Of a DNA stretch of 64,000 bases, positions 49,833 through 63,921 are shown piece after piece (positions within the stretch are counted from its first letter, which is position 1; every line of letters starts with the position of its first letter). The DNA is taken from NCBI GenBank assembly GCA_965217865.1, contig CBDCJO010000001.1, positions 192,001 to 256,000 of the forward strand, written 5' to 3'. The position numbers and the translations under genes are program-made. This DNA comes from Candidatus Latescibacterota bacterium. GTDB taxonomy: Bacteria > Latescibacterota > UBA2968 > SICM01. The notes under the pieces were generated by a model that saw only the letters and a list, made by a program, of their open reading frames with translations, was not told where the DNA came from and ran no database searches.

Positions 49833-50201
49833 TCATAGTACTTCCGGAGCCAGGGAGACGATTCGCATGTAGCGCTTTTCCCTCAACTCGCGCGCAACCG
49901 GTCCGAAGATCCGCGTCCCCATAGGCTCTCGGTCATCGTTGATGATCACCGCCGCGTTATCGTCGAACCGAATGTAGGATCCGTCTTTCCGTTTGATCTC
50001 TTTCGTGGTTCGGACAACGACCGCCTTGCAGACCTCCCCCTTCTTGACCGTACCGTTGGGATCGGCCACTTTCACTGCGACCACGATGATATCACCGACC
50101 GAGGCATAACGCTTGCGGGTCCCACCCAGCACCCGAAAGCACATGCATTTTCTCGCCCCGGTATTGTCGGCCACATTCAAAACCGTGTATTCATGAATCA
50201 T
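49833..50201 (-). CDS. rplN: 50S ribosomal protein L14
   Basis: [26 protein letters not shown]. Confidence 0.98.
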   Translation of the reverse strand: MIHEYTVLNVADNTGARKCMCFRVLGGTRKRYASVGDIIVVAVKVADPNGTVKKGEVCKAVVVRTTKEIKRKDGSYIRFDDNAAVIINDDREPMGTRIFGPVARELREKRYMRIVSLAPEVL

Positions 50202-50207
50202 GCCGTC

Positions 50208-50468
50208 TCACTTTGCCCGCTCCGTCACTTCCATCAGTCTCCAACGTTTGGTCTTGCTAAGAGGGCGCGTCTCCATGATCGTAATGATATCTCCAACCTT
50301 TGAAAGGTTCTCTTCGTCGTGAACCGAGTATTTCCGGCTTCGCCTCAAAATTTTCTGGTAAAGCGGATTCTGAAACGAACGTTCCACGACGACGAGGCGG
50401 GTCTTATCACATTTATCGCTGACGACCCGTCCGATTCGGACCTTCCTTTTTCCCCGGCTTTCAGCCAT
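50208..50468 (-). CDS. rpsQ: 30S ribosomal protein S17
   Basis: [21 protein letters not shown]. Confidence 0.97.
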   Translation of the reverse strand: MAESRGKRKVRIGRVVSDKCDKTRLVVVERSFQNPLYQKILRRSRKYSVHDEENLSKVGDIITIMETRPLSKTKRWRLMEVTERAK

Positions 50469-50727
50469 CTGGACCCTCCCCGGGGAGTTCAGAAGCCGGT
50501 TGTCCCGTCCCACCATCGCCAGTCCCAAGCGTGTGAAGCCCCAAAGAATGTTCCCTCAAGACCGTCTTCAAGCGTGCCACCTCCCGCCTAACCCTTCGGA
50601 CTGAAATTTGATTGGTCAACTGTTTCGTCACCAACTGGAAGCGAAGGTTAGAGAGTTCGTCCTGGCGGTCGGCCAGGTGTTGTTGGACCTCTCCGACGCT
50701 CATGCTTCGATATTCACTCACCTTCAA
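50461..50727 (-). CDS. rpmC: 50S ribosomal protein L29 with C-terminal tail
   Basis: [24 protein letters not shown]; position in operon. Confidence 0.93.
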   Translation of the reverse strand: MKVSEYRSMSVGEVQQHLADRQDELSNLRFQLVTKQLTNQISVRRVRREVARLKTVLREHSLGLHTLGTGDGGTGQPASELPGEGPDG

Positions 50728-50748
50728 GAGACCACCTCCTGATTCCCC

Positions 50749-51162
50749 TCAGTTCGCACGCCTTTCAACCAACCGGGTCTTTATGGATAATTTTCGCCCG
50801 GCCAGACGGATGGCTTCCTGCGCGGACTCCTTTCCGATCCCTTCGATCTCGAACAGAATCCGGCCGGGCTTGACTACCGCCACCCAGTGCTCGGGATTTC
50901 CCTTGCCTTTTCCCATCCGGGTCTCGGCTGGCTTAACCGTAACCGGTTTGTCCGGGAAGACTCGGATCCAGATCTTCCCCCCGCGGCTCACGTGGCGCGT
51001 CATCGCAACCCGGGCGGCCTCGATCTGCCTGTTGGTGATCCATCCCGGTTCTAAGGCCTGAAGGCCGAATTCCCCGAAGGAAATCTGCACCCCGCGCGCG
51101 GCCACCCCCCTCATCCTGCCGCGTTGTTGTTTTCGGAATTTGACCCGTTTGGGCATCAACAT
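50749..51162 (-). CDS. rplP: 50S ribosomal protein L16
   Basis: [18 protein letters not shown]. Confidence 0.98.
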   Translation of the reverse strand: MLMPKRVKFRKQQRGRMRGVAARGVQISFGEFGLQALEPGWITNRQIEAARVAMTRHVSRGGKIWIRVFPDKPVTVKPAETRMGKGKGNPEHWVAVVKPGRILFEIEGIGKESAQEAIRLAGRKLSIKTRLVERRAN

Positions 51163-51168
51163 TGCCCG

Positions 51169-51837
51169 TCATCCTCCTGATCCACCCAGTTGAACCTCCC
51201 CGCTCCCATCCCCCGCCACCTCTCCTTTGCAGATCCAAACCTTTACACCGATGGTCCCCGACATGGTGTAGGCGGTAACCGCCGCGTAGTCTATATCGGC
51301 CCGCAGGGTATGCAAGGGCACGCGGCCGGCCGGCTCTGAGCGCTCCCTTCGGGACATCTCCGACCCGCCGAGCCGGCCCGAGCAGACCACGCGGATCCCT
51401 TCTGCTCCCATCCGGATCGTGGAGGCGATGGCCTTCTTCATCGCCCTTCGGAAGGCCACTCGCTGTTCGAGTTGGCGGGCGATATTCTCCCCAACAAGAT
51501 AGGCGTCCAATTCGGGGCGTTTGATCTCTTGGATGTTAATGTAGATGTCTTTCCCCGTGACGTGCTTCAACTCGTCCCTGAGCTTATCCACCTCAGCACC
51601 CTTCCTTCCGATAACGATCCCCGGACGCGCGGTGTGGATGTTAATTGTAACCCGCTTGGGTGCCCGCTCAATCTCGATGGCCGAAACACCCGCCCGCTGC
51701 AGCCTGCTCCGAACGTACCTCCGGAGCATCAGGTCTTCCTTCAGCAGACCTGTGAAATCTTTCTCGGCGAACCACCGAGAACGCCAGCCTTTGACGATCC
51801 CAAGACGAAACCCAATCGGATGTGTTTTTTGGCCCAC
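51169..51837 (-). CDS. rpsC: 30S ribosomal protein S3
   Basis: [30 protein letters not shown]. Confidence 0.98.
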   Translation of the reverse strand: MGQKTHPIGFRLGIVKGWRSRWFAEKDFTGLLKEDLMLRRYVRSRLQRAGVSAIEIERAPKRVTINIHTARPGIVIGRKGAEVDKLRDELKHVTGKDIYINIQEIKRPELDAYLVGENIARQLEQRVAFRRAMKKAIASTIRMGAEGIRVVCSGRLGGSEMSRRERSEPAGRVPLHTLRADIDYAAVTAYTMSGTIGVKVWICKGEVAGDGSGEVQLGGSGG

Positions 51838-51838
51838 C

Positions 51839-52207
51839 TCAGACTCCTTGTTTTTTACCCCTGGATTCCTGGCCGTCCGATACGACGACCGTTATGTGAC
51901 TCAACCGCTTTCGGATCTGACCCGCCGCACCCCTTGGCATCGGCAAGAGCCGCTTGAAGGCGATCCCCCCATCCACGAAGATCTCCTTGATGAACAGGTC
52001 CTCGTGGTCCCCCTTGTCCCCCTCCGCCACGTCCCAGTTTGCCGCTGCTGAACGGACGGTCTTCTCTACGATGCGAGCCGCCTTTTTAGGGGGAAAATGC
52101 AGCTGATTCAGGGCGGATTCCACGTTTTTTCCCCGTACCAAATCAACCACCTGTCGGGCTTTCCTGGGTGATAATCTGACATATCGAGCGACTGCTCGGG
52201 CTTCCAC
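51839..52207 (-). CDS. rplV: 50S ribosomal protein L22
   Basis: [21 protein letters not shown]. Confidence 0.97.
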   Translation of the reverse strand: MEARAVARYVRLSPRKARQVVDLVRGKNVESALNQLHFPPKKAARIVEKTVRSAAANWDVAEGDKGDHEDLFIKEIFVDGGIAFKRLLPMPRGAAGQIRKRLSHITVVVSDGQESRGKKQGV

Positions 52208-52236
52208 AAGGACCTCCGAACCATCAATTGATCAGG

Positions 52237-52524
52237 TTATCTAACCGAAGTCGACCGTTCTGTCGCTCTTTGCCGATGCCCGCGAAAAGTCCGGGTGGGG
52301 GCGAACTCACCGAGTTTGTGCCCGACCATATTTTCAGTGATGTAGACCGGAATAAATTTGTTCCCGTTATGTACGGCGAAGGTATGACCCACAAAATCAG
52401 GCGAGATGGTCGAACCTCTTGCCCAGGTTTTGATCACACGCTTGTCCCCAGACTTGTTCATCTGCTCGACTTTCTTGAGCAAACCCAGATCAATAAAAGG
52501 GCCCTTTTTGATCGAACGCCCCAC
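52237..52524 (-). CDS. rpsS: 30S ribosomal protein S19
   Basis: [21 protein letters not shown]. Confidence 0.98.
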   Translation of the reverse strand: MGRSIKKGPFIDLGLLKKVEQMNKSGDKRVIKTWARGSTISPDFVGHTFAVHNGNKFIPVYITENMVGHKLGEFAPTRTFRGHRQRATERSTSVR

Positions 52525-52563
52525 GTCGGCTTTATCCTCCTGTTTACTTCATTGATCGCGCCA

Positions 52564-53391
52564 TCAGCCTTTTGATTTTCGCGGTCGGATGATCAGCGGA
52601 TTCGGCTTCTTTTTTCGCGTCTTATAACCCTTCGTTGGCCATCCCCACGGAGACCGGGGATGCCCACCGCCCGAAGCCTTTCCCTCGCCCCCCCCCATCG
52701 GGTGATCGACGGGGTTCATCGCCACGCCCCGGACCGTGGGGCGGACTCCAAGCCAGCGGGAGCGACCCGCTTTGCCGAGGGACAGGTTCTCGTGGTCAAG
52801 GTTACCCACCTGCCCGATCGTCGCATAACAGTCGAGTTTGACCTGTCTCGTCTCTCCGGATGGGAGGCGAAGATGGGCGTACTTCCCCTCTTTTGCCATC
52901 AGTTGAATTCTTGAACCCGCGCTCCGCCCGATCTGGCCGCCTTTCCCCGGTTGGAACTCGACATTATGGATTTCTGACCCAAGGGGAACCCGCTCCAACG
53001 GCATGGCATTGCCCGGCCGAATCTCGGCACGATCCCCCGCCATAACGGGATCTCCTACCTCCAATCCCACCGGTGCGATGATGTATCGTTTCTCCCCATC
53101 GATGTACTGGAGGAGGGCGATACGGGCGGAGCGATTCGGATCATATTCGATCGAAGCCACACGGGCGGAGATGTTGCGTTTGTCCCGTTTAAAGTCAATT
53201 TGACGATACCGCCTCTTGTGACCTCCCCCCCGGTGACGGCAAGTCACCACACCCCTGTTGTTTCGACCCCCCTTTTTCCGAGAGGACCTTAAGAGGGATT
53301 TTTCCGGTTTTGAAGTCGTAATCTCATCGAATGATGAGATCGTCTTGAACCTCAGCGTGGGGGTTGTCGGTCGAAAACTCTTAACGGCCAC
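52564..53391 (-). CDS. rplB: 50S ribosomal protein L2
   Basis: [31 protein letters not shown]. Confidence 0.98.
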   Translation of the reverse strand: MAVKSFRPTTPTLRFKTISSFDEITTSKPEKSLLRSSRKKGGRNNRGVVTCRHRGGGHKRRYRQIDFKRDKRNISARVASIEYDPNRSARIALLQYIDGEKRYIIAPVGLEVGDPVMAGDRAEIRPGNAMPLERVPLGSEIHNVEFQPGKGGQIGRSAGSRIQLMAKEGKYAHLRLPSGETRQVKLDCYATIGQVGNLDHENLSLGKAGRSRWLGVRPTVRGVAMNPVDHPMGGGEGKASGGGHPRSPWGWPTKGYKTRKKKPNPLIIRPRKSKG

Positions 53392-53447
53392 GGGAATCCA
53401 TCCGTTTAATGGGATCAGGAAAACGGTGATCTTCTAGGGGTGTCGGT

Positions 53448-53738
53448 TCAGGTCCCCTCAAAGAACTCAATTTTATCTCCGGCCTGTAGGGTCACAATCG
53501 CTTTTTTACGGTCCGGTCGACGTCCCCGATACATTCCCATTCGCTTGATCTTACCGTGCATCCAAAGCGTTCGGACGCCGACGACCTTCACGTCGAACTT
53601 CTGTTCGACCGCCCGCTTGACATCGATCTTGTTGGCGAAACGATCTACCTCAAACACCACTTTGTTTTCTCGATCGGTGAGGACCGTAGACTTCTCTGTG
53701 ATCAGAGGTTTGCGAATGACATGATTTGGATTTTTCAC
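53448..53738 (-). CDS. rplW: 50S ribosomal protein L23
   Basis: PLITEKS, ANKIDVK, KKAIVTL; GTG overlaps the rplD stop. Confidence 0.97.
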   Translation of the reverse strand: MKNPNHVIRKPLITEKSTVLTDRENKVVFEVDRFANKIDVKRAVEQKFDVKVVGVRTLWMHGKIKRMGMYRGRRPDRKKAIVTLQAGDKIEFFEGT

Positions 53739-54370
53739 GGTGCGCCCCAAACCTCCGACATTCTGTTCAGGGCTGATGTCGTAAACAGAACCGTCTCAGA
53801 CCGCATCACGTCATACACGGAAAAGCTGTTCGCGGGCTTTACGTCCAGCCCAGAAATATTTCGACAGGATTTGAAAAGGACCGGATCCGACGGGTTGACC
53901 ACCAGAAGGGCCCTGCGATTCTGAAGACCCAACGCCCGCATCAGATCGGCCACCTTTTTCGTCCGGGGTGTTTCGAGGGAAATATCCTCAAGGACCCTCA
54001 CCTGGCCTTCCCGCATTTTGAGGGTCAGCGCAGACTTCAAGGCCAATCGCCGAACCTTCTTGGGCACCTTTTCACGGTATCCGTGCGGATGAGGGCCATG
54101 CGCCGTCCCTCCGCCCACCCATACGGGAGATCCCCTCGTTCCCGAACGAGATCGTCCGGTTCCCTTCTGTCGCCAGGGTTTACGCTTCGTTCGGTTGACC
54201 TCCGCACGGGTCAACGTATCCGCGTTTCCCTGCCGCTGCGCATTCTGGAAGGCCTTCACCGAGAAATAGATCGCCTCTGAAGACGGCCGGTCAATCTCGA
54301 AAATCGCGGATGGAAGTTCGGTCGTTCCCACGACGCCCCCGTCCAAGTTGTAAATATCTAAACCTGCCAT
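53735..54370 (-). CDS. rplD: 50S ribosomal protein L4
   Basis: RQG, KPWRQKGTGR, GGG.AHGP. Confidence 0.97.
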   Translation of the reverse strand: MAGLDIYNLDGGVVGTTELPSAIFEIDRPSSEAIYFSVKAFQNAQRQGNADTLTRAEVNRTKRKPWRQKGTGRSRSGTRGSPVWVGGGTAHGPHPHGYREKVPKKVRRLALKSALTLKMREGQVRVLEDISLETPRTKKVADLMRALGLQNRRALLVVNPSDPVLFKSCRNISGLDVKPANSFSVYDVMRSETVLFTTSALNRMSEVWGAP

Positions 54371-54377
54371 CTCGAGC

Positions 54378-55001
54378 TCAACCTGCCTTTCGAATCGAGA
54401 CAACCCCGCCCCGTGCCCCCGGAACGGCCCCTTTTACAAAAAGAAGATTTCGCTCTTTGTCGATTCGGACCACCGACAGCCCCTTGACGGTCACCCTGCG
54501 GTTTCCCATCCTGCCCCCCATACGCACGCCTTTGAAAACCCGGGATGGATAGGAACTTTGACCGATCGAACCCGGAGCGCGATGACGGTCCGATTGGCCG
54601 TGAGTCTTGGGCCCGCCTTTAAAATGATGTCTCCGAATGGTCCCGGCGAAACCTTTACCCTTCGAACACCCCGTTACGTCCACCTGATCTCCATCTTCAA
54701 ACATCGCAACGTCCAGGATGTCCCCTATTTGATACGTCTCCTCCGAAGTCAGCCGGAACTCTCGGAGTATCCGCTTGGGTTCAAGACCGGCTTTTTCAAA
54801 GACCCCGGCATCCGGACGGTTCACGCGCTTTGACGGAATGTCCTCATAGCCGATCCGCACCGCCCGGTAGCCGTCAACGGCCTCTTCTTTGACCTGGACC
54901 ACTGGACAGGGACCCGCCTGGATGATCGTCACCGGGACAAGGTCGTCATTCTTCCCGAAAATCTGGATCATTCCCACTTTTCTGCCAACCAAAGTCGCCA
55001 C
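54378..55001 (-). CDS. rplC: 50S ribosomal protein L3
   Basis: GRKVGM, SKGKGFAG, RAPGSIG, KGAVPG. Confidence 0.98.
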   Translation of the reverse strand: MATLVGRKVGMIQIFGKNDDLVPVTIIQAGPCPVVQVKEEAVDGYRAVRIGYEDIPSKRVNRPDAGVFEKAGLEPKRILREFRLTSEETYQIGDILDVAMFEDGDQVDVTGCSKGKGFAGTIRRHHFKGGPKTHGQSDRHRAPGSIGQSSYPSRVFKGVRMGGRMGNRRVTVKGLSVVRIDKERNLLFVKGAVPGARGGVVSIRKAG

Positions 55002-55028
55002 GGTTCAAAACCTCTACCGGAAGTCCGC

Positions 55029-55337
55029 TCAAGCCTTGATCTCTATGTCGATGCCAGCCGGAAGATCCAGCTTCATCAAGGCATCCACCGTCTGAGGGTT
55101 AGAATTGTAAATGTCGATCAGTCTTTTATGGACCTTTGTCTGGAACTGCTCACGGGATTTCTTGTCCACGTGCGGTGATCGGAGCACGGTATACAACGTC
55201 CTGTCCGACGGAAGGGGGATAGGCCCTGCGATCAGCGCCCCGGTCCGTTTGGCGGTTCTTACGATCTCATCCGCGGAACGATCCAACGACCGATGATCGT
55301 ATGCCTTCAGGCGAATACGTATCTTTTGAGAAGGCAA
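55029..55337 (-). CDS. rpsJ: 30S ribosomal protein S10
   Basis: [29 protein letters not shown]. Confidence 0.98.
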   Translation of the reverse strand: MPSQKIRIRLKAYDHRSLDRSADEIVRTAKRTGALIAGPIPLPSDRTLYTVLRSPHVDKKSREQFQTKVHKRLIDIYNSNPQTVDALMKLDLPAGIDIEIKA

Positions 55338-55408
55338 AAAAACCTTTCCATAGGGACGCTCTCCCGCGTCCCGAAAAAACGTGAAGGGTTGGGGACTCCG
55401 GTGAACCC

Positions 55409-56599
<1,191 letters not shown>

Positions 56600-56663
56600 T
56601 GTTGCTGCCTCCTTGAAGGGGATTGCCCGGATCAGCGGCAGTCTTCGCGGCCGGACCCCGGTC

Positions 56664-58745
56664 TTAGATGCCTCGAACTTTGGCTATGATTTCATCGGCG
56701 ATGTTTTTCGGTGCTTCCTGGTACCTGGAGAATTGCATGGAATGAATCGCTCTCCCCTGTGTCAGCGATCGAAGGCGTGTGGCATAACCGAACATCTCGC
56801 TAAGCGGAACCACGGCGGTCACAACCTGTGCATCCGGTCGGTTTACGATACCCATGATACTTCCTCGGCGCGCATTCAGGTCTCCGATGACTTCCCCCAT
56901 GTATTCGCCCGGGACCACCACCTCCACATCGAAAACCGGCTCCAGAAGATAGGGGTCCGCTTTTTTGGCCCCCTCTCGAAAGGCCATCGAACCAGCGATC
57001 TTGAAGGCTATCTCCGACGAGTCCACTTCGTGAAAGGAACCGTCATAAAGGGTCACCTGCACATCCTCTACGGGAAACCCCCCCAGCACCCCGCTGGTCA
57101 TCGCCTCCTGGATCCCTTGCCTCACGGGATTGATGAATTCCTTGGGGATCCTCCCCCCCACGATTTTATTCTCAAAGGCCAGGCCCACGCCCGGTTCACC
57201 GGGCCCCATTTCGATACAAACGTGGCCGAACTGCCCCCGTCCACCGGATTGGCGGACGAACCGTCCTTCGGACTTAACCGTGTCTCGAATCGACTCTTTG
57301 TAGGCCACCTGAGGTTTGCCGACATTCGCCGTGACCCGAAACTCCCGAAGGAGCCGATCTACGATGATCTCCAGGTGAAGCTCACCCATTCCTGAGATGA
57401 TCGTCTGTCCGGTATCCGGATCGTTGGACACCTGGAAGGTCGGGTCCTCTTCCGTGAGCTTCGACAAAGAAGTGCCCAAAAGATCCTGATCGGCCTTGGT
57501 CTTGGGCTCAATGGCCACATCGATGACCGGCTTGGCAAACTGTATCGTCCCCAAGATGATCGGGTGCCGCTCATCGCAGAGCGTATCACCGGTGGCAGTA
57601 CCCTTCAACCCCACCATCGCGGCGATGTCCCCTGCGTGCACCTCCTGCAGTTCCTCTCGCTTGTTGGCGTGCATCCGGAGCAACCGTCCGACCCGTTCCC
57701 GGCGGCCGCTGTTTGCGTTCAGCACGTAAGATCCGGTCTTGAGGCAACCGGAGTACACCCGGGAATAGGTCAGGCGGCCCACATACGGATCTGTCATAAT
57801 CTTGAAGGCAAGCGCGCAAAATGGATCCTCGTCCGAAGCGGACCGCTTCTCTTCCGCTTTGGAATCGGGATGGCGACCGACCACCTCGGTGAGATTGAGT
57901 GGATTCGGGAGATAGTCTATCACCGCATTCAAAAGCCTCTGTACCCCTTTGTTCTTGAAAGCAGATCCGCACAGAACCGGCACGATTTTTACTTGGGCCG
58001 TGGCCTGTCTGAGGGCACTTTTGATCTCTGAGACGGAGATCGGTTTTCCGTCGAGAAATTTCTCCATCAGTCCATCGTCGAAATCGGATACGGCCTCGAG
58101 AAGCTTCTCCCGATAGAAGAGGGCTTTTTTGACCATATCTTTGGGGATCCCGGATTCCACGAACTTGACCCCCAGCGAATCCTCGGGATACGTGAGGGAT
58201 GTCATCTGCACCAGGTCAATCAGGCCGGAATAGATATCCCCCGAACCCAGAGGGAGCTGGATCGGGACAAATTTACCCCCTAAGCGCTCCTCCATCATTT
58301 CGAGGACCTGGTAAAAATCCGCACCGGTCCGATCCATCTTGTTCACAAAGGCGATGCGAGGCACCATGTAGCGGTCGGCCTGACGCCACACGGTCTCGGA
58401 CTGAGGCTCCACGCCTCCCACGGCGCAGAATAGGCCGATGGCCCCGTCCAGCACGCGCAGCGAACGCTCCACTTCAGCCGTAAAGTCGACGTGCCCGGGG
58501 GTGTCGATGATATTGATCAGGTGGTCATCCCACTCGCAAGTGGTAGCTGCGGACGTGATGGTGATCCCCCGCTCCCGCTCCTGCTCCATCCAGTCCATCG
58601 CCGCTGCCCCGTCGTGGACCTCCCCCATCCGATGCAGCTTTCCGGAATAGTACAGGATGCGTTCGGTGGTCGTCGTCTTGCCCGCGTCGATATGGGCCAT
58701 GATCCCGATGTTCCGGATCTTTTCTAAGGAAACTTCTCGTGCCAT
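56664..58745 (-). CDS. fusA: Elongation factor G
   Basis: [31 protein letters not shown]. Confidence 0.99.
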   Translation of the reverse strand: MAREVSLEKIRNIGIMAHIDAGKTTTTERILYYSGKLHRMGEVHDGAAAMDWMEQERERGITITSAATTCEWDDHLINIIDTPGHVDFTAEVERSLRVLDGAIGLFCAVGGVEPQSETVWRQADRYMVPRIAFVNKMDRTGADFYQVLEMMEERLGGKFVPIQLPLGSGDIYSGLIDLVQMTSLTYPEDSLGVKFVESGIPKDMVKKALFYREKLLEAVSDFDDGLMEKFLDGKPISVSEIKSALRQATAQVKIVPVLCGSAFKNKGVQRLLNAVIDYLPNPLNLTEVVGRHPDSKAEEKRSASDEDPFCALAFKIMTDPYVGRLTYSRVYSGCLKTGSYVLNANSGRRERVGRLLRMHANKREELQEVHAGDIAAMVGLKGTATGDTLCDERHPIILGTIQFAKPVIDVAIEPKTKADQDLLGTSLSKLTEEDPTFQVSNDPDTGQTIISGMGELHLEIIVDRLLREFRVTANVGKPQVAYKESIRDTVKSEGRFVRQSGGRGQFGHVCIEMGPGEPGVGLAFENKIVGGRIPKEFINPVRQGIQEAMTSGVLGGFPVEDVQVTLYDGSFHEVDSSEIAFKIAGSMAFREGAKKADPYLLEPVFDVEVVVPGEYMGEVIGDLNARRGSIMGIVNRPDAQVVTAVVPLSEMFGYATRLRSLTQGRAIHSMQFSRYQEAPKNIADEIIAKVRGI

Positions 58746-58808
58746 AAAATCCGCGTCAATCTCCTGATTCTATCGATCGCCTTTCGCACCTTCTCCAACT
58801 GGCCGATC

Positions 58809-59279
58809 TCACCCTCTGTAATGTGCAAACGCCCGGTTCGACTCCGCCATACGGTGCGTATCCTCCCGTCTTCGAATCGCCCCGCCCTCGTTCTTGGCGG
58901 CATCCATCAATTCACCCGCCAACCGTTCGGCCATGCTTTTTTCAGAACGCTCCTGAGAGTAAGTGATAAGCCATCTTATCGAAAGACTCGTCCTCTGATC
59001 CTGACGGACCTCAACCGGAACCTGATAGGTCTGGCCCCCGACCCTCCTGGACCGGACCATGACAGCCGGCTTGACGCTCTCCACGGCCTTCTGAAAAACA
59101 TCGATCCCAGGCTGATCCGTTCGCTTTTCAACCAAGTCGAGCGCTTTATAAAAGATCCGTTCCGCGACGCTCTTCTTCCCGCGCTTTAAGAGGCGGCTGA
59201 CAAATCGCGTCGCGAGGATGTTATGATACTTGGGGTCGGGGAGAACCGGTTTTTTTTCAACCTTCCTTCGCCTCGGCAT
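58809..59279 (-). CDS. rpsG: 30S ribosomal protein S7
   Basis: SRRVGG.TYQVP, HRMAESNRAFAHY. Confidence 0.98.
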   Translation of the reverse strand: MPRRRKVEKKPVLPDPKYHNILATRFVSRLLKRGKKSVAERIFYKALDLVEKRTDQPGIDVFQKAVESVKPAVMVRSRRVGGQTYQVPVEVRQDQRTSLSIRWLITYSQERSEKSMAERLAGELMDAAKNEGGAIRRREDTHRMAESNRAFAHYRG

Positions 59280-59337
59280 AAATCCTCAATTCGAAAAACT
59301 CATGCCTCGCCGCAGGAAATGCGGCGAGCCAATCCCT

Positions 59338-59709
59338 TCACTTCGGGGCCTTCGCACCGTACTTTGACCGACTCTGTTTTCGATCCGCCACGCCCGTTGT
59401 GTCAAGGACGCCCCTTATGATGTGATACCTCACCGAAGGGAGATCCTTTACTCGGCCGCCGCGGACCAGAACGATTGAGTGCTCCTGGAGGTTATGCCCC
59501 TCTCCCGGGATGTAGGCTGTGACCTCCATCCCGTTCGTCAACCGAACGCGGGCGACCTTCCTCAAGGCGGAATTCGGTTTTTTCGGGGTCTGAGTCGTCA
59601 CCCGGAGACAGACACCCCGCTTTTGGGGGCTTCCCCGAAGGGCGGGCGAAGCGGACTTTTGGCCCTTCCTTTTTCTCCCGAGACGGACGAGTTGATTTAT
59701 CGTTGGCAA
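59338..59709 (-). CDS. rpsL: 30S ribosomal protein S12
   Basis: [27 protein letters not shown]. Confidence 0.99.
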   Translation of the reverse strand: MPTINQLVRLGRKRKGQKSASPALRGSPQKRGVCLRVTTQTPKKPNSALRKVARVRLTNGMEVTAYIPGEGHNLQEHSIVLVRGGRVKDLPSVRYHIIRGVLDTTGVADRKQSRSKYGAKAPK

Positions 59710-59741
59710 GCAAAACCTCCTGCTATCGCAGATAGCCTTTC

Positions 59742-59770
59742 AACATAGTCATTAATTTCAACATTGTCAA
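59742..59770 (-). promoter_or_regulatory. str operon promoter overlapping the rpoC stop codon
   Basis: TTGACA-N17-TATGTT on the minus strand. Confidence 0.7.
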
Positions 59771-62700
59771 GCTTTTATTGTCTCCGGTTCATCCTCTCCC
59801 ACGGAAGCGACATGGGGTTCGTTGTCCGGATCCACGAGGGTCACGCCGGAGTATCGGTTCATCCCGGTCCCGGCCGGAATCAGATGGCCGATAATCACAT
59901 TCTCCTTCAGGCCAAGTAGATTGTCAACGCGCCCCTGGACGGCCGCATCGGTCAGCACCCTCGTCGTCTCCTGGAAGGACGCCGCGGAGACGAAGCTGTC
60001 CGTCATCAGGGACGCCCGGGTGATCCCGAGCAGCAGAGGTTGATAGGTGGCAGGGTCTCCGCCTTCTGCCACGACCTTCGCGTTTTCATCGAAGAACCGG
60101 AACTTGTCCACAGCCTCCCCCTCCAGAAAATTCGTATCCCCGGAGTCGACAAGCTTCACCTTCTGCAGCATCTGTCGAACGATCACTTCGATGTGCTTGT
60201 CGTTAATCTTGACCCCCTGCAGCCGGTAGACATCCTGAATTTCGTTCACCAGATACTCCTGCACCGCCTGGACACCCTGGATTCCAAGGATATCGTGAGG
60301 ATTCACCGAACCTTCCGAGAGCTGTTCTCCCGCAAGGACCCGATCCCCTTCGTGTACGCGCAGATGCTTCCCGTAAGGAATCAGATAACGCCGCTCCTCG
60401 CCCTCATCCGAGATGACGGTCAACTCCCTGGCGCCCCGCACAATCCCCCCTAACTTCACCAGACCGTCGATCTCGGTCACCACGGCCGGATCCTTGGGCC
60501 GGCGAGCTTCGAAGAGTTCGGCCACCCTGGGCAATCCCCCGGTGATATCTCGGGTCTTGCTCCGTTCCCTCGGGATCTTAACCAGAATGTCCCCCCCCTT
60601 GACTTCGTCTCCATCGCGAACAAAAAGCCTGGCCCCGACCGGGAGAAGATAGTGTGACAGCTTGTTTCCCCCCCCATCTATCACCTCGATATGAGGGGAT
60701 AACGTCCGATCCCGATGTTCGACGATAACCGGATGGCGAAGTCCGGTCGCTTCGTCGGACTCCTCCCGGTAGGTAACATCGTCCACGATGTCAACAAACC
60801 GTAGAGCACCCGGCTTATCCGTGACGATCACGTTGTTGTAAGGATCCCACTCATACAGGACCACGCCGCCCTCGACCTCGTCCTTCTCACGGACCTTCAC
60901 CACGGCCCCGGCAGGAACGTGGTAACGCCCCCCCCTCGGTCTCCCCTGCTGATCGAGCAGTTCGATCTCGCCGTTTCGACCCACGGCCACAAGGCCTTCC
61001 CCCGGCCTTTCCACGGCATCGAGGTTGTTGAAGTGCACCGTGCCCGCCCGCTTGGCCGTGATGCTCGACTGTTCCGCGATCCGGGAGGCCGTGCCTCCGA
61101 TATGGAATGTCCGAAGCGTCAGTTGGGTCCCGGGTTCCCCGACGCTCTGCGCCGCGATAACCCCGACCGCGTCTCCCACATCCGCGAGCCGACCGGTGGC
61201 CAGATTTCGACCATAGCACTTCACACAGACCCCCCTGCGCGACTCGCACGTGAGCATCGACCGGATCCAGCATTTCTCGATGCCTGCATCGGCGATCTTG
61301 TCGGCAAGCTCTTCGTCGATGAGCACGCCACCCTCGACGATCGTCTCTCCCGAGATCGGTTCAATCACGTCGTTCAAAAGGGTGCGCCCGACGATCCGGT
61401 CCGCCATGGGCTCCAGAATGTCCTCGCCCTCCTTTAACGCCCCGATTTCGATCCCCAGGATGGTTCCACAGTCCTCCTCGGAGATGATCACATCCTGTGC
61501 CACATCCACCATCCGGCGCGTCAGGTAACCGGCCTCTGCCGTCTTGAGGGCGGTATCGGCCAGACCCTTTCGGGCGCCGTGTGTGGATATGAAGTACTCC
61601 AGAACGGTCAGCCCCTCCTTAAAGTTCGATATGATGGGGGTCTCGATGATCTCGCCAACCGCACCGGTGATCTTCTTCTGTGGCTTGTTCATCGGTCCCC
61701 GCATGCCGCCGAGTTGCTTGATCTGGTCGTCGCTGCCCCGGGCCCCGGAATCGGCCATCACGAAGATCGAATTGAATCCACCTTCGTCCTGTTCAAGGAC
61801 TTCTTTCATCACCCGGGCGACATCGTTTGTGGTGTGTTGCCATACATCGATTACCTTGTTGTAACGCTCCCCGTCGGTGATGATACCCCGCCGGTACTGG
61901 TTTTGAATGTTCTCGACCTCTTTTATCGCCAGATTTACCATGGCATCTTTCTGATCCGGCACGACCACATCTTCCACCCCCACCGTCACCCCCGCCTTGG
62001 TGGCATACCGGTAACCCAGGGTTTTGAGATGGTCCACGAACTCGGCAGCCTTTCGATTTCCATACCGGTTATGAACCTGTGTGACCACGTCTTTAATCTT
62101 CGGCTTGTCCACCACCTCGTTGACGTAGGGGACCCCATCGGGGATGATCGAGTTGAAGATAATTCTCCCAAGCGTCGTCTCCATGATCGTCCCGTCCATT
62201 CGTACATTGATCGGCGTGTGCAGGTCCAGCCGCTCGTAGGCGTGAGCCGTCAGGGCGTCCTCAGCGCTGGAAAAACGCTTCAGTTCGTCCCCGTCCCGCT
62301 TCGCCATCTTCGTCAGGTAGTATGTCCCCAGGGCGATATCCTGAGGTTTGTCGATCACGACCGGGGACCCATCTGCGGGTTTGAGGATATTGTTGGCCGC
62401 CATCATCAGCACCCGGGCTTCGACCTGGGCCTCGAACGACAGGGGGAGATGAACGGCCATCTGGTCCCCATCGAAGTCTGCGTTGAATGCCGCACAGACA
62501 AGGGGGTGGATCTGAATCGCCTTCCCTTCCACCAGGACCGGCTGAAATGCCTGGATGCCAAGCCGATGGAGGGTCGGGGCCCGATTGAGAAGAACACAGT
62601 GGTCCTGGATGATCTCCTCGAGGATATCCCACACCTCCACCCGTTCCCGTTCCACGAGCTTTTTGGCGCTCTTGACGGTTTGTACGAGGCCTTTGTCTTC

Positions 62701-63843
62701 GAGCTGCTTGATGATAAAGGGTTTGAAGAGTTCGAGCGCAATCCCCTTCGGCAGGCCGCACTGACTCAGTTTGAGCTCGGGTCCACAGACGATGACCGAT
62801 CGTCCGGAATAATCGACGCGTTTCCCGAGCAGGTTCTGTCTGAAACGCCCCTGCTTCCCCTTCAGGAGGTCGGACAACGATTTCAGCGACCGGTTGCCAT
62901 CACCGCGAACAGCCCGGGACCGTCGACCGTTGTCGAAGAGGGCATCCACGGCTTCCTGAAGCATCCGTTTCTCGTTCCGAAGGATCACTTCCGGAGCCTT
63001 GATATCGATCAATTTCTTCAGGCGATTGTTTCGGTTGATCACCCGCCGGTACAGGTCGTTCAGATCGGAGGTTGCAAAACGCCCCCCCTCTAACGGGACC
63101 AGGGGTCGCAGGTCGGGGGGGATGACTGGAATAACTTCCAGGATCATCGATTCCGGCCGGTTCTGAGACCCCCGGAATGCCTCCACGACCTTCAGGCGTT
63201 TTAGGGCCTCCTGCTTGCGCTGTACCGATGTCTCCATCCTGGCATTCGTCCGCAGTTCGGCCGACAGAATATCCATTTCGATCTCCGACAGGATCTTATA
63301 GACGGCCGGAGCCCCCATCTCCGCCGTAAAATTATAACCCTGTTCCCGGAGCTGTTCCACCTCGTCCTCAGACAGAAGATCCTTTCGCTTCAAATCAGGC
63401 GCATCCCCCGGGTCGAGCACGACGTAAGACTCGTAGTAAAGTATGCGCTCAAGGTTCCGCACGGAGATATCGAGGAGATAGCCCATCCGGGACGGGAGGG
63501 ATTTGAAGTACCAGATGTGGGAGACGGGGACTGCCAATTCGATGTGGCCAAGGCGCTCCCGGCGGACCTTCGACTGCGTGATCTCAACCCCGCATCGGTC
63601 GCAGATAATGCCTTTGTAACGGATCCTTTTGTATTTTCCGCAGTGGCACTCCCAATCCTTCACGGGGCCAAAAATCCGCTCGCAGAAGAGGCCATCCCGC
63701 TCCGGTTTGAAAGACCGGTAGTTAATCGTCTCAGGCTTTGTGATTTCCCCTCGCGACCAGCCTCGAATGGTCTCAGGCGAGGCCAGTTGTATCAGGATCG
63801 AGGAGAAATTAGGCGACTTTTTCGCAACATTCAAGTCTGCCAC
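59767..63843 (-). CDS. rpoC: RNA polymerase beta' subunit
   Basis: [35 protein letters not shown]; GTG start 63843. Confidence 0.99.
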   Translation of the reverse strand: MADLNVAKKSPNFSSILIQLASPETIRGWSRGEITKPETINYRSFKPERDGLFCERIFGPVKDWECHCGKYKRIRYKGIICDRCGVEITQSKVRRERLGHIELAVPVSHIWYFKSLPSRMGYLLDISVRNLERILYYESYVVLDPGDAPDLKRKDLLSEDEVEQLREQGYNFTAEMGAPAVYKILSEIEMDILSAELRTNARMETSVQRKQEALKRLKVVEAFRGSQNRPESMILEVIPVIPPDLRPLVPLEGGRFATSDLNDLYRRVINRNNRLKKLIDIKAPEVILRNEKRMLQEAVDALFDNGRRSRAVRGDGNRSLKSLSDLLKGKQGRFRQNLLGKRVDYSGRSVIVCGPELKLSQCGLPKGIALELFKPFIIKQLEDKGLVQTVKSAKKLVERERVEVWDILEEIIQDHCVLLNRAPTLHRLGIQAFQPVLVEGKAIQIHPLVCAAFNADFDGDQMAVHLPLSFEAQVEARVLMMAANNILKPADGSPVVIDKPQDIALGTYYLTKMAKRDGDELKRFSSAEDALTAHAYERLDLHTPINVRMDGTIMETTLGRIIFNSIIPDGVPYVNEVVDKPKIKDVVTQVHNRYGNRKAAEFVDHLKTLGYRYATKAGVTVGVEDVVVPDQKDAMVNLAIKEVENIQNQYRRGIITDGERYNKVIDVWQHTTNDVARVMKEVLEQDEGGFNSIFVMADSGARGSDDQIKQLGGMRGPMNKPQKKITGAVGEIIETPIISNFKEGLTVLEYFISTHGARKGLADTALKTAEAGYLTRRMVDVAQDVIISEEDCGTILGIEIGALKEGEDILEPMADRIVGRTLLNDVIEPISGETIVEGGVLIDEELADKIADAGIEKCWIRSMLTCESRRGVCVKCYGRNLATGRLADVGDAVGVIAAQSVGEPGTQLTLRTFHIGGTASRIAEQSSITAKRAGTVHFNNLDAVERPGEGLVAVGRNGEIELLDQQGRPRGGRYHVPAGAVVKVREKDEVEGGVVLYEWDPYNNVIVTDKPGALRFVDIVDDVTYREESDEATGLRHPVIVEHRDRTLSPHIEVIDGGGNKLSHYLLPVGARLFVRDGDEVKGGDILVKIPRERSKTRDITGGLPRVAELFEARRPKDPAVVTEIDGLVKLGGIVRGARELTVISDEGEERRYLIPYGKHLRVHEGDRVLAGEQLSEGSVNPHDILGIQGVQAVQEYLVNEIQDVYRLQGVKINDKHIEVIVRQMLQKVKLVDSGDTNFLEGEAVDKFRFFDENAKVVAEGGDPATYQPLLLGITRASLMTDSFVSAASFQETTRVLTDAAVQGRVDNLLGLKENVIIGHLIPAGTGMNRYSGVTLVDPDNEPHVASVGEDEPETIKA

Positions 63844-63921
63844 GTCCAAACCCCCTTCGGGTCAAAATTCGTGAGTCGGCCAGAATCTTTCATCCCAGCT
63901 CCGTCGCACACCGTCCGTCCT

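Noticed and set aside
61579-63093. Long antisense ORFs (504 aa here; also 3959-4873, 8572-9336, 10009-10833, 43635-44420, 56559-57395)
   Set aside because: Shadow ORFs opposite well-supported genes, expected in GC-rich DNA; no recognisable motifs.
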